Origin: an uncultured SAR324 cluster bacterium
GTDB lineage: Bacteria; SAR324; NAC60-12
Direction of reading: 5' to 3'
Length of the DNA stretch: 64,000 nt
NCBI GenBank assembly: GCA_905182865.1
Contig: CAJJCY010000002.1
Span: 131,040 to 195,039 of the forward strand
Each line of letters starts with the position of its first letter. Position 1 is the stretch's first letter. Positions 1 to 9,752 of this stretch are shown piece after piece. The notes below the pieces were generated by a model, which saw only the letters and a program-made list of their open reading frames with translations, was not told the origin of the DNA and made no database searches. A program made the translations under genes and the position numbers.

Positions 1-447
1 CACATAAGGATCATCACATGAACCTATTTTTACTCTGTTATTGCGTGAATCCTGGATAAAATAAACTGCCCAAGCCAAATCTCCAAGACGCTGCTGACGC
101 ATCTTTCTTTCACTGCTCTTTGCATCTATGCAGTTTTTGCAGGTTGACGTTTTGCCATCATGTGAATGTGAAGACATGTAGAATTCCCTCAATGATTTTA
201 TTGTTCCACATCCTTCACAGCTCTTTTCCAGCAAATTCATTTGAGACAACCTTCTTTCCGTTTCATTGGGAGCTTGCCGAACCTGTGCCCGGACATTGGA
301 ACATTTACGACAAAACGAAGCCAGTCTGTCCTGACATCGTCCTGGAGGGAAAAATTCCGGCGAACGTGGAAATTCCCCCCGGCACATGCTGCATAAACGG
401 GTATATTGTTCAGGACCAAATAATTCTTCTTGAATAGCTGACCTCAT
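1..447 (-). CDS. partial ORF (C-terminus beyond window edge): two CxxC...CxxC zinc-ribbon repeats followed by the start of a GIY-YIG / T5orf172-like motif
   Basis: Hand translation of the minus strand from ATG 447-445 gives 149 sense codons down to position 1 (MRSAIQEELFGPEQYTRLCSMCRGEF..CRKCSN..CEGCGT..CKNCID..LAWAVYFIQDSRNNRVKIGSCDDPYV). No tta/cta/tca triplet occurs in that frame on the plus strand. It is absent from the supplied ORF track because it runs off the edge. The VYFIQ...VKIG pattern resembles the first strands of GIY-YIG-type nucleases. Confidence 0.45.
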   Translation of the reverse strand, partial: MRSAIQEELFGPEQYTRLCSMCRGEFPRSPEFFPPGRCQDRLASFCRKCSNVRAQVRQAPNETERRLSQMNLLEKSCEGCGTIKSLREFYMSSHSHDGKTSTCKNCIDAKSSERKMRQQRLGDLAWAVYFIQDSRNNRVKIGSCDDPYV

Positions 448-726
448 AGTTTCATTCCTTTGCTGTTTCACTTTGTAAAATGGGCATATAAATATTTTTC
501 TACAATCATAAGATTGCTAATGAATTTCCACTTTTCTGTTATAATAAATAGCAGATTACACAAAATGGTCAATTTCTGAATGCAAAAACTGCCGTGATAG
601 TATAAGCTTTCCAAAAAGCTTGCCATCCATAAAAACAATTTAGCTGCTTTTATCTGCAGCATACAGTTTTACATTTATTGAAAATATTTACATTTTACAA
701 AAACACATACATTCAGCAACAACAAT

Positions 727-1712
727 TTGAATTTATTGACCGTTAATAATTTAACTGTTCGTACAGAACACCAATCTGGTCCAATTAATATTTTGGACAA
801 CCTGAATTTCAAACTTGAAAGAGGCAAAAGCTTGGGAGTAGTTGGAGAATCCGGTTGCGGAAAATCGACTGCTGGCCTTGCATCATGGGTATTAGTCCGG
901 TTAGATATGACCGCGAATGGCGGAGTCTGTGGTTCGGTAATAACTTGCTGAATCTACCTGAAAAGGAATTATGTAAAATCAGGGGGAACCGTATCAGTAT
1001 GGTTTTTCAGGAGCCAATGTCGGCACTAAATCCAGTCCAGCCAATTGGATTCCAGGTAGCAGAAAGTTTGATTCTGCACAAAAATTTATCCCGACATCAG
1101 GCACAGCGACAGGCTTCAAAGGTATTGGACCGCGTCGGCTTACCTGCCAAAAAAATTTCGCGATCACTTTATCCACATCAGCTTTCCGGAGGACAAAGAC
1201 AGAGGGTAGTGATTGCGATAGCTATGGTATGTGAACCGGAATTGATTATTGCAGACGAACCTACAACTGCACTGGATGTCACGATTCAGGAACAAATACT
1301 GGCTTTGATTTCTGAATTGGTTATTGAGGAAAACATGACACTGATGCTGATAACACACGATTTAGGTGTTGTTGCAGAAAATACTGATCAAATGCTGGTA
1401 ATGTACGCAGGACGGATTGTAGAGAAAGGTCCAACAAATAAAGTGTTTGAACATTTAGTACATCCATACACACGCGGACTTTTTGCATCAATTCCTGACA
1501 CAGAGAAGTCTGCTAATGATCTTAGCCGTCATCCCAAAAATAGAAGGTTGTCAACAATTCCCGGACGTGTTCCGGAATTCTGGGAACGGACCAAAGGCTG
1601 TTCTTTTGCAGACCGCTGTTCACGGGCACAGGCAAAATGTTTTTCAGAGCTTCCAGATGAAACCCGGATAAGTAACGGACATTCCGTAGCCTGTTTTTTC
1701 CCCTGGGAGTAA
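727..1712 (+). CDS. oligopeptide/dipeptide ABC transporter ATP-binding protein (DppD/OppD-like), frame-disrupted
   Basis: ORFs 727-951 (Walker A GESGCGKST) and 855-1712 (LSGGQRQR signature, Walker B IIADEPTTALD, oligopeptide-type C-terminal extension) are two frames of one gene. The offset is 128 nt, so this is a frameshift, located near 880-890 (..STAGLA|IMGISPV..). TTG start. Confidence 0.85.
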
Positions 1713-1717
1713 AACGT

Positions 1718-2756
1718 ATGAAACAGGAACAGAATGCAAATACTTTGCTCCAAATCCGCGAACTAGTGAGGGAGTATATCCTGCCACGCCAGCATATTTT
1801 TATTCCTCCAAAACGCTTCCGTGCACTTGATGGAGTGAGTTTGTCACTAAATTACGGTGAAAGTTTTGGCATTGTGGGCGAGTCCGGTTGCGGTAAATCT
1901 ACTTTGGCCAGAACTGTATTAGCACTTGAATCTCCTCAGTCCGGAGAAGTTTGTTTTCAAGGTAGTTGCTGCTAATAAAAAAGAAGTGGCGAGGCAGTTG
2001 CGAAAAACTGTACAAATGGTTTTTCAAGATCCATACGGCTCGTTGGATCCCCGCCATACAGTAAGTCAAATAGTATCTGAGCCCCTTACATTGCTGGGAG
2101 AAGTAACACTGAAAATACAGCAACAGCAGGTTGCTGAATCCCTTGAAAACGTTGGACTTTCGCCTGCAGACGCGGACAAATTTCCGCATGAGTTTTCCGG
2201 AGGACAGCGCCAGAGAATTGCAATTGCCCGTGCTTTAATTACTCGTCCGTCACTGATTGTGGCGGATGAACCGGTATCGGCTTTGGATGTGTCAGTTCAG
2301 GCTCAAGTATTGAATTTGATGATGGAACTACAAGAAGAATTTGGTTTGTCTTATCTTTTTATTAGTCATGACCTGAGTATCGTTCGTCACATGACTACAA
2401 ATGTGGCTGTGATGTATGCAGGAAGAATTGTAGAAACAGGTCCAACGGAAACCGTGTTTAATCATGCTCAACATCCATACACTAGTGCTCTGCTTGAAGC
2501 AGTTCCACGTCCTGACCCGTCAAGGAAACGCACAGGACGTTTAAAAAAAACAGCGGCAACCCAACTTTTTCCCGAAACTGAAGGAGGATGCGCCTATGCT
2601 TCCCGTTGTCCGCATGTAGAGGGAAAATGCAGAGAAAAATCACCGTCACTTTTAAATCTGAATAATAGTTCGGCATTGGAATCTGACAATAATCCTGCTG
2701 AAATTGTTCATAAAGTTGCCTGTTACAAACCCTTAGATTCTGTTGTTACAGTTTGA
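1718..2756 (+). CDS. oligopeptide/dipeptide ABC transporter ATP-binding protein (DppF/OppF-like), frame-disrupted
   Basis: ORF 1718-1975 carries Walker A GESGCGKST. ORF 1926-2756 carries FSGGQRQRIAIARAL, Walker B IVADEPVSALD and a Cys-containing C-terminal tail. The frames differ by 1, with the shift at about 1930-1975. A GGAG RBS precedes ATG 1718. Confidence 0.85.
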
Positions 2757-2789
2757 AACACTATTAACACTTAAACCAAATAACCATAA

Positions 2790-3668
2790 ATGTCAGATTC
2801 AAAGTTTTGCAGTTTTTTGTGTAGACAATCAGGAGAACCTCTTGCTGGAACTGCCCCATTTGCAGAGCATTTTGTTTTTATTTCCTGGCCAAAAAAATAC
2901 TGGGAATACGAAGCTCTGGAATCCAAAGGCGGATTTCCAACTGGACTAAAACAATGGATGAAAGAAAAAAGTAAAATTAGTGGAAAAATTAGTATCCGTT
3001 TAGCAAGTCAGGCAAAGCTCAAAAATGACAAAGTAGAATTATTTATCTATCCCGGAAAATGGTATTATTCAAACGTTTTGCCCAAAGAAATACCAGAAGT
3101 TTTAGAGTCACATTTTCAGCATTACAAAACTTCCGATTTTTCCTGTAAAAAGATTGAGCGGGGCCAGATTTTTATTTGTACCCATGGGAGGCATGATAAA
3201 TGCTGTGCCAAGTTTGGACAGAAACTTGCTGATCAGATGCAATATCATGTTCAAAAGCAAAATTCTTCTGTTGAAGTTTGGGAGAGCAGTCACCTTGGAG
3301 GGCATCGTTTTGCAGCAACAATGATTGATTTTCCAAGCGGACGAGTATATGGCCGTATGACTCCGGATGAGATTCCAAGGTTTTTAGAGAGTCGAAAACA
3401 AGGACAAGTTTATGGTTCAGCTTATCGGGGTTCAATTTTTTTGCCTGAACTGGAACAAGTTGCTGAAGCTCATGTTCAGCATTATTGCAGTGTTCAGAAA
3501 TTGGATTGCCAGGTGAAAATAAAAAAACTGGAAAAATTAAGTGAAGATAAATTTAGTTGTACTGCAGCATTTGAGATTAATAAACGTTCCGCTGTATCGC
3601 AAAATAATATCCCGGATGAATTAGCATTTTCTTTTAAGTTTAAAGATTTGATAGCCATCTGGATGTGA
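2790..3668 (+). CDS. sucrase/ferredoxin-like (thioredoxin-like [2Fe-2S]) family protein
   Basis: 292-aa ORF with the family motif ICTHGRHDKCCAKFG and a downstream SHLGGHRFA. Confidence 0.6.
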   Translation: MSDSKFCSFLCRQSGEPLAGTAPFAEHFVFISWPKKYWEYEALESKGGFPTGLKQWMKEKSKISGKISIRLASQAKLKNDKVELFIYPGKWYYSNVLPKEIPEVLESHFQHYKTSDFSCKKIERGQIFICTHGRHDKCCAKFGQKLADQMQYHVQKQNSSVEVWESSHLGGHRFAATMIDFPSGRVYGRMTPDEIPRFLESRKQGQVYGSAYRGSIFLPELEQVAEAHVQHYCSVQKLDCQVKIKKLEKLSEDKFSCTAAFEINKRSAVSQNNIPDELAFSFKFKDLIAIWM

Positions 3669-3751
3669 TGCCTTGAAGAACCGCAACTGAGAAAATGCTG
3701 GGAACTGGAGTTACCCCTTTCCTTCTAAAAAATTTATTAAATGGAGTAAAA

Positions 3752-4297
3752 ATGGTAGACGAAGAAGTTCAGGAAGATCAGGAAAACGTGGAAATTGAAG
3801 CAACTGAAACCGAGAATAGAGACAGTCCTGATGACGATATGGATTCGTTGATGAATGAGTTAGAGCAGCAGAAAACAAGCCCTGAAGGTACAGGAGGCAG
3901 CGGTGACCTTAGTTCCTTAATAACGGAAAAAGCAGATTCAACAGAGGAAAATATCGACGAAATGCTTGACTCAGCTATAGACACCACCTCGTCCATGGAT
4001 GATACACCGGTTGAAGAAGGTGTTGACCTAAAACTTTTACAGAAAATGCCTTTAACAATGACCCTTGAAGTGGGACGTGCAAAAATGACCATTAACGACC
4101 TCCTTTCACTAGGACAGGGCTCCGTACTTGAATTGCACCGTTTAGTTGGTGAAAGCCTGGATTTATTTGCCAACGGGAAGTTGATTGCTCAAGGTGAAGT
4201 TGTAATTGTCAATGAAAAGTTTGGTACAAAATTAACGAATATTATTTCTCCTGAAGAGCGGATCAAACAAATGGATGGTATGGATAAAACAAATTAG
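3752..4297 (+). CDS. fliN: FliN/SpoA-domain protein (flagellar motor switch / type III secretion C-ring family) with acidic disordered N-terminus
   Basis: The C-terminal ~80 aa (LTMTLEVGRAKMTINDLLSLGQGSVLELHRLVGESLDLFANGKLIAQGEVVIVNEKFGTKLTNI) matches the SpoA/FliN fold pattern. I prefer ATG 3752 (GGAG 8 nt upstream) over the track start at 3695. There are no other flagellar genes nearby. Confidence 0.65.
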   Translation: MVDEEVQEDQENVEIEATETENRDSPDDDMDSLMNELEQQKTSPEGTGGSGDLSSLITEKADSTEENIDEMLDSAIDTTSSMDDTPVEEGVDLKLLQKMPLTMTLEVGRAKMTINDLLSLGQGSVLELHRLVGESLDLFANGKLIAQGEVVIVNEKFGTKLTNIISPEERIKQMDGMDKTN

Positions 4298-4378
4298 TAG
4301 CCGACAACAGGACTTTTTTTCTAAGAAACAACCATCAAGTGCTGCCTTCAGTCTGGTGATTTAATTCTCATAATCCAA

Positions 4379-5431
4379 ATGCCCTCTCACGATTGGAAGC
4401 TCAGTTCATACGACTATAAGCTTCCTCAATCCCTCATTGCCCAGCATCCTGCACCAAAACGTGAACAGTCACGGATGCTTTTTCTAGAACGTAAAAGCGG
4501 AAAAATTTCAAACCGCAACTTTACTGAAATTGTTTCACTGCTCCCTGAATCCTCCTGCCTTGTTATCAACAACACTAAAGTCCTGCCTGCCCGGCTTCCC
4601 GGAAAACGTCAAACCGGCGGAAAAATTGAAGCCCTACTGATTGAGGAAAATAACAATGGAGACTGGAGCGCAATCGTCCGAAAAGCTGGACGAATTAAAC
4701 AGGGTGAGCGTCTTGAATTTTGTGATGGAAAACTTTTGGCAAAAGCAAAAGAACGGCTGGAAGAGGGAAAATGGCTTTTGGAGTTTGAGGAAACAGAACG
4801 TTTGAAAGAGCGATTGGAAGATGTTGGTCTGCCGCCGCTGCCACCTTACATAGAACGTCGGCAAGCGAGTGATTTGCAAAATACAAAAGATCGAGAACGT
4901 TACCAAACCTGTTTTGCTACCGAACTAGGCGCAATTGCAGCACCCACTGCCGGCTTACACTTTACGCCTGAAATTTTAACAGAAATTAGAAATCGTGGAA
5001 TCGAAATTTTGGAGGTAACTCTACATGTCGGATTGGGAACCTTTTCCTCAATTGATCAAGAAGATATTCGAAAACACAAAATGCATGCGGAATTTTTTTC
5101 AGTTTCTTCTCAAACACTACGTCAACTACAAGTCTACCAAAACAATAACAAACAGATGATCAATGTCGGCACAACTTCTGTGAGGGTCCTGGAAACCTTA
5201 GCTCGTCAGAATTTTAAAGAAAGCTCTGGTTGGACAGACATTTTTATTTATCCCCCCTGCAAATTCACAATGACGGATGGGCTTCTCACAAATTTTCACC
5301 TTCCCAAATCAACATTGATGCTGTTAGTTTCAGCATTTTGTGGCCGCGAATTTTTATTAAGTTCCTATCAGCATGCCGTAGCCGAAAAATACCGTTTTTT
5401 CAGCTATGGAGACTGCATGTTGATTTTGTGA
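4379..5431 (+). CDS. queA: S-adenosylmethionine:tRNA ribosyltransferase-isomerase
   Basis: 350 aa. The N-terminus (SSYDYKLPQSLIAQHPAPKREQSRML) and the C-terminus (TNFHLPKSTLMLLVSAF..YRFFSYGDCMLI) are typical QueA. Confidence 0.9.
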   Translation: MPSHDWKLSSYDYKLPQSLIAQHPAPKREQSRMLFLERKSGKISNRNFTEIVSLLPESSCLVINNTKVLPARLPGKRQTGGKIEALLIEENNNGDWSAIVRKAGRIKQGERLEFCDGKLLAKAKERLEEGKWLLEFEETERLKERLEDVGLPPLPPYIERRQASDLQNTKDRERYQTCFATELGAIAAPTAGLHFTPEILTEIRNRGIEILEVTLHVGLGTFSSIDQEDIRKHKMHAEFFSVSSQTLRQLQVYQNNNKQMINVGTTSVRVLETLARQNFKESSGWTDIFIYPPCKFTMTDGLLTNFHLPKSTLMLLVSAFCGREFLLSSYQHAVAEKYRFFSYGDCMLIL

Positions 5432-5478
5432 TTATTATCCTACAAATTAGATGAACTCGTAAATATTCGTAAAACAAT

Positions 5479-5654
5479 GTCATATTGAGCGAAGCGAGAA
5501 ATTTTGTATAAGCTCCAACATTAATATCATTAAGATTTCTACCTCCGGTCAAAATGATTACAGACCTTAACACCCTCTGGATTATTCTATTTTTTACATT
5601 TCCAGATTGCTGATTTAGGTGCTGGGTGGATTACAGACTTTTGATGAAACCATC
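5479..5654. repeat. composite palindromic intergenic repeat, copy A (hairpin module + tail module)
   Basis: Inverted arms are gtcatattgagcgaagcgagaaatt (5479-5503) and agatttctacctccggtcaaaatgat (5533-5558). They are followed by ctctggatt...ttgctgatttaggtgctgggtggattacagacttttgatgaaaccatc (5575-5654). The tail module is about 80% identical to 35331-35400. Confidence 0.75.
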
Positions 5655-5677
5655 AAAATAAAAAATATTATTTAATG

Positions 5678-6286
5678 TTAAGTATCGCTTTCAAGTTGTC
5701 TTTTGTAGTATTGAGAATATTTTGGTAAATCATCCTCAATTTCATAATAATCTGATTTGTCATCAACAAAAATATGTTCAACAGTTTTTAGACCTTTTGA
5801 AGAATCCAACATCCCTGCAGCAATGCTGATATTACTGCCGGCTAAACGTTCAAAAAAAATACTGGCACCACATTCCTGACAAAACCCCCGTCTTGCTTCT
5901 TTTGAGGAGCTAAACCATTTCAGTCCAACATCATTAACAAGCTGAAATTTATTTTTTTCCACAGACGTATAGGCTGCAAAATTTCCATGAGTATGGAGAC
6001 ACTGCCCACAATGACAATTGATAACCGGACGTAATTCACCCGTCAGCTTAAATTTAACGGCACCGCACAAACATCCGCCATGCATTGAATTCTCTTTTTT
6101 AATTTCTTGTTGCAGTTCTTCTGACAAATCATCTTTTACTTGATTATCACGACGATCTGCTTTTGAATATACTTTGCCAGACGGTTTAACCTTTTCAGCA
6201 AAGCGACTCTTCATTTTTTCGCTGTAATCCGCTCCCAATGCGGGAGTATGTTTTTTTGATTTTGGCATATGTCTCCTTTGAGCCAA
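5678..6286 (-). CDS. GFA / CENP-V family (glutathione-dependent formaldehyde-activating-like) zinc protein with basic N-terminal extension
   Basis: Cys pattern GGCLCGAVKF...NCHCGQC...GFCQECGASIFF is typical of the GFA domain. The true start may be an internal Met (the MHGGC region). Confidence 0.65.
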   Translation of the reverse strand: MAQRRHMPKSKKHTPALGADYSEKMKSRFAEKVKPSGKVYSKADRRDNQVKDDLSEELQQEIKKENSMHGGCLCGAVKFKLTGELRPVINCHCGQCLHTHGNFAAYTSVEKNKFQLVNDVGLKWFSSSKEARRGFCQECGASIFFERLAGSNISIAAGMLDSSKGLKTVEHIFVDDKSDYYEIEDDLPKYSQYYKRQLESDT

Positions 6287-6310
6287 GTTTAACTTTTTGG
6301 TTTTAAAACC

Positions 6311-8395
6311 TCAACCATCAATTGAGTGTCCCCTCAAAACTTGTACTGAAAAACCCTCAAGCCACGCAATTCCTCCAACCGGCGAGACGAATTCAGCAGG
6401 TTCCTTTTCGGTATCAATCAGAACGTTCCAGGCTATTTCTTCAGGCTGATTAAATTTAACCGGTTTATCAAAACAATTTATCAAAATACGCATTGCCTGG
6501 TCTGGCCAACCAGGATTTGTTACTTCAAAGTGTAGTGTCCTTACATAAGGTGCAAACTCCTCCGGTTCACCTGAGGTATTAAACCATTTATATTTACTTT
6601 TTTCTGAAAATAAAAATGGAGCGTGCTGTTTGCGAAAGGCAATCATACGCCGAGTAAAATCTAAAAGCACGGAGTTTTGTTCTGTCAAATTCCAGTCCAT
6701 CCAGGTTAAAGCTGAGTCATGACAATAAGCGTTGTTGTTGCCCTGTTGTGTCCTCCCGAATTCATCACCACCCAACAGCATGGGAATTCCGTTGGAAAGC
6801 TGAAGCAGGCAATGAAACATGCGTAACTTCCTGAAGCGCAATGAAAGTATTTTAGGATCATCAGTTACTCCTTCAGTTCCGCAGTTGTCCGAAAAATCAG
6901 CACTGTGCCCATCCCGGTTTTCTTCTCCGTTCACCTCGTTGTGTTTTTCGCTGTATGAAACTAGATCCATCAAAGTCATACCATCATGAGAAGTAACAAA
7001 GTTTAGACTCCGCTTTCTGCCTTTTTCTACTGAACCAAAAATATTTGGACTGCCCAGAATTGACTCTTTAAGCCCTTCCATCATGCCTTCATCTCCACGT
7101 ACAGCACGACGAACTTTGTCACGGAATTGATCGTTCCATTCTGTCCAATCTGCAAACTCAGCTGCTTTTCCCAGTTCGTAAGCACCTGCAGCATCCCATG
7201 GTTCAGAAATCAGTTTAATATTTTTCAGGGATGGTTCATGTCTTAATTCCCAGAGTAACTGTGGAAAATCCATAATGTTTCCAGCAGAATCCCGATTTAG
7301 AATTGAAGCAAGGTCAAACCGAAAACCGTCCACACCCATAACGTGTGACCAGTAAATGAGACAGTCACGAATCATTCGTCTGGTTGTTGGATGAGCACAA
7401 TTCAAAGTATTTCCACATCCGGAATAATTTTTGTAGCTTTCGTCCTTTTCCCGCAAATACCACTGATCCGGCGCCAGCAACTTAAAATGATCTGCATAAC
7501 CATTATCTCCAAATTCCGCAGTATGATTAAAAACGACATCCAGCCATATTTCCAGGTCAGCTTCATGGAATTTGTCAACCATCGCTTTAAATTCTTGAAC
7601 TGGATTTACCACATCTGACGCATAACTTTGTTTTGGTGCAAAAAACAAAAGCGGTGAGTAACCCCAACAGTTTAGGACAGTATGCTCAATTTCTGCATCA
7701 GAAATAATCTTCTCGTTTTCATCAAAATCAAAAACTGGCAAAAGCTCAATTGCAGTCACACCAAGTGCTTTTAAATACGGAATACATTCAACAAGTCCCT
7801 GATATGTCCCGGATTGTGAAGATCCAGAAACTGAGATTGATGGGCTGTTGGTCATGCCACGGACGTGGCACTCGTAAATGACACTCTGCTCCAGGGGGTG
7901 ATGAGGGTGGTGTGGACGGGAAGCAATTAATTCTTCTGTCGGTGTTTCCTGACGTAGAACTGGCAACCGGCGCATTCCATGAAAAACCTTACTTTTGGGA
8001 CGGGAAATAACACTGAGCCGAAAATCCTCCTCATCCATAACAAATCCAATTGGTCTCCCCCAATGCTCACCACCTAAGCTTTCCCTGGCAAATGGATCAA
8101 AAACAAATTTTGTGTTGCCATCCTTTTCTTGAAGCTGAATCAGGTAAACCATGTGTTCTTCTTCAGAGCCCGAAAATTCAGCTTCCCAGCCCCATACATC
8201 ACCAAACTGATACGATGTGTCCAACTGGACATCGGACAGCAAGGCCTGATTTTCTTCAAGTTGCGGAAAGGAATGTGGGTAAAACAAATAGCGGATGCTG
8301 ACAACATGCTCAGCAATCAATCCGAATTGAAACGAATTTCCACGCCAATGCCCTCCCATAGAAGGATTTGGCAAAGGTCGAATTGACTGAAACAT
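6311..8395 (-). CDS. glgX: glycogen debranching enzyme / isoamylase (GH13)
   Basis: 694 aa with GH13 catalytic blocks (GVDGFRFDLASIL, ISEPWD, FVTSHDG) and a GlgX-type N-terminal domain. Confidence 0.85.
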   Translation of the reverse strand: MFQSIRPLPNPSMGGHWRGNSFQFGLIAEHVVSIRYLFYPHSFPQLEENQALLSDVQLDTSYQFGDVWGWEAEFSGSEEEHMVYLIQLQEKDGNTKFVFDPFARESLGGEHWGRPIGFVMDEEDFRLSVISRPKSKVFHGMRRLPVLRQETPTEELIASRPHHPHHPLEQSVIYECHVRGMTNSPSISVSGSSQSGTYQGLVECIPYLKALGVTAIELLPVFDFDENEKIISDAEIEHTVLNCWGYSPLLFFAPKQSYASDVVNPVQEFKAMVDKFHEADLEIWLDVVFNHTAEFGDNGYADHFKLLAPDQWYLREKDESYKNYSGCGNTLNCAHPTTRRMIRDCLIYWSHVMGVDGFRFDLASILNRDSAGNIMDFPQLLWELRHEPSLKNIKLISEPWDAAGAYELGKAAEFADWTEWNDQFRDKVRRAVRGDEGMMEGLKESILGSPNIFGSVEKGRKRSLNFVTSHDGMTLMDLVSYSEKHNEVNGEENRDGHSADFSDNCGTEGVTDDPKILSLRFRKLRMFHCLLQLSNGIPMLLGGDEFGRTQQGNNNAYCHDSALTWMDWNLTEQNSVLLDFTRRMIAFRKQHAPFLFSEKSKYKWFNTSGEPEEFAPYVRTLHFEVTNPGWPDQAMRILINCFDKPVKFNQPEEIAWNVLIDTEKEPAEFVSPVGGIAWLEGFSVQVLRGHSIDG

Positions 8396-8421
8396 TGGCT
8401 GAATTAAAAAACAGGATGGAA

Positions 8422-9215
8422 TTAATGGCCGGCAGCAGCAAATAAATTCTGCATAGCGTCTTTCACTCCCGGGGCTGCAACTAAGACTGGATTGCCTGTG
8501 AGTAAACCATCATTGGCCAGAAAATCATTTGTCCAACCACCGGTTTCACGAACCATAGCGATACCTGCCAGACAATCCCATGAATTAATTTGAAATTCAT
8601 AAACCCCAATGTAACGTCCGGCAGCTACGTATGCTAACATCAAAGCTGCAGATCCAACGTCGTGAAATACACCACCATTATTAAACAAATAATCGAAGGC
8701 TTTTTGGGTTGCAACAATAGAACTTTTTGGTGAATATCCCATCCCGACAATTCCATCGGCAAGTGAAGTAGCCTTACTCGGTTTCATTGGTTTACCGTTT
8801 AAGGTAGCACCAGTACCACGCTGAGATGCAAACAATTCGTCAGTACACGGTGCGTAAATCAAACCTATCTCAATTTGGTCCTTAACTACAAAAGCAATCG
8901 ATACACACCAGGATGACAAACCATTTAGAAAACAGCTTGTTCCATCAATAGGATCAACTAACCCAGATACCTTCTGCATCCAAATTTGTGGTTCCCTTTT
9001 TCACCTAAAAAACCATCTTCCGGAAATAAAGTCTGCAGACGTTCACGAATCATTTTTTCAACTTCACGGTCTGCTTTGCTTACCAAGTCCTGAGGTCCTT
9101 TTTTTTCCGTCTTCAGACTATCAAGTTTTCTATACCACTGAAGAGCATAAAGACCTGCGTCACGGACCAACACCTGAACTGCATGAAAACGATTTTGTAT
9201 CGATTCTTCTTTCAT
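8422..9215 (-). CDS. inositol monophosphatase family protein (SuhB-like), frame-disrupted
   Basis: ORF 8958-9215 (..SKADREVEKMIRERL..FPEDGFLGEKG) and ORF 8422-8979 (LVDPIDGTSCFLNG..WDCLAGIAMVRETGG) are the N- and C-halves of an IMPase. The frames differ by 2, with the shift just upstream of the DPIDGT motif (about 8960-8980). Confidence 0.8.
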
Positions 9216-9229
9216 AATTTACTTACTCA

Positions 9230-9327
9230 CAAAAAGTCTGAAATCCATATTTGTCATTTCGACAATAGGGAGAAATCTTTATTATAGTGGACTCTCGTAC
9301 AAGATTTCTCTCTTCACTCTAAATGAC
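9230..9327. repeat. palindromic intergenic repeat, copy C (hairpin module with abutting inverted tail fragment)
   Basis: Arms are gtcatttcgacaatagggagaaatct (9253-9278) and agatttctctcttcactctaaatgac (9302-9327). The flank caaaaagtctgaaatcca (9230-9247) is the reverse complement of the tggattTCagactttttg tail seen in copies A and B. Confidence 0.7.
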
Positions 9328-9752
9328 ATAGTTTTTGGATTTATTTAGAAAGCGCAATAATTAATTTAAAAATATATTTTCTTTTAAATAGTCTGATTGC
9401 AGAGTGCCTTGTTTGTAAAAATCTTGCAAGCTGAAGGCTTGATGAATTTAATCTGGTACAGGACAAATCACTCGATAATGAGCAATATTTATGTTCTAAT
9501 TTTTAAGAGCTTTGTTGAACCCTTTATTGCTGTCTGGTATAGGATTTGCATAGACTGTGCCAACTTGGTAGTTCTTAGTAAGATACTGATATTATTACTG
9601 TAAATTTTCTATCTGAAAGTTTATCCGCCCCGAGGTGGTCATAATATCTCTCAAATACGTTCGGAACGACACAATAAAACTCTTGACTGTCTAGTAAACC
9701 TGTAAAACATTGTTATTAAATTATCCCAAATTTAAAATCCTGTCTTCATGCT

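Noticed and set aside
120-437. Plus-strand 105-aa ORF (and the minus-strand 60-aa ORF at 237-419) from the track
   Set aside because: The sequence is low-complexity with no motifs. The opposite-strand frame 447 -> 1 is open across the whole region and encodes regular CxxC zinc-ribbon repeats, so these are shadow ORFs.
9397-9603. Track ORFs lying in intergenic spacers (9397-9603, 13856-14047, 13926-14150, 48670-48909, 468-662)
   Set aside because: They have no RBS, show odd composition (Cys/Ile/Leu-rich or low complexity) and carry no motifs. I treat these regions as non-coding.
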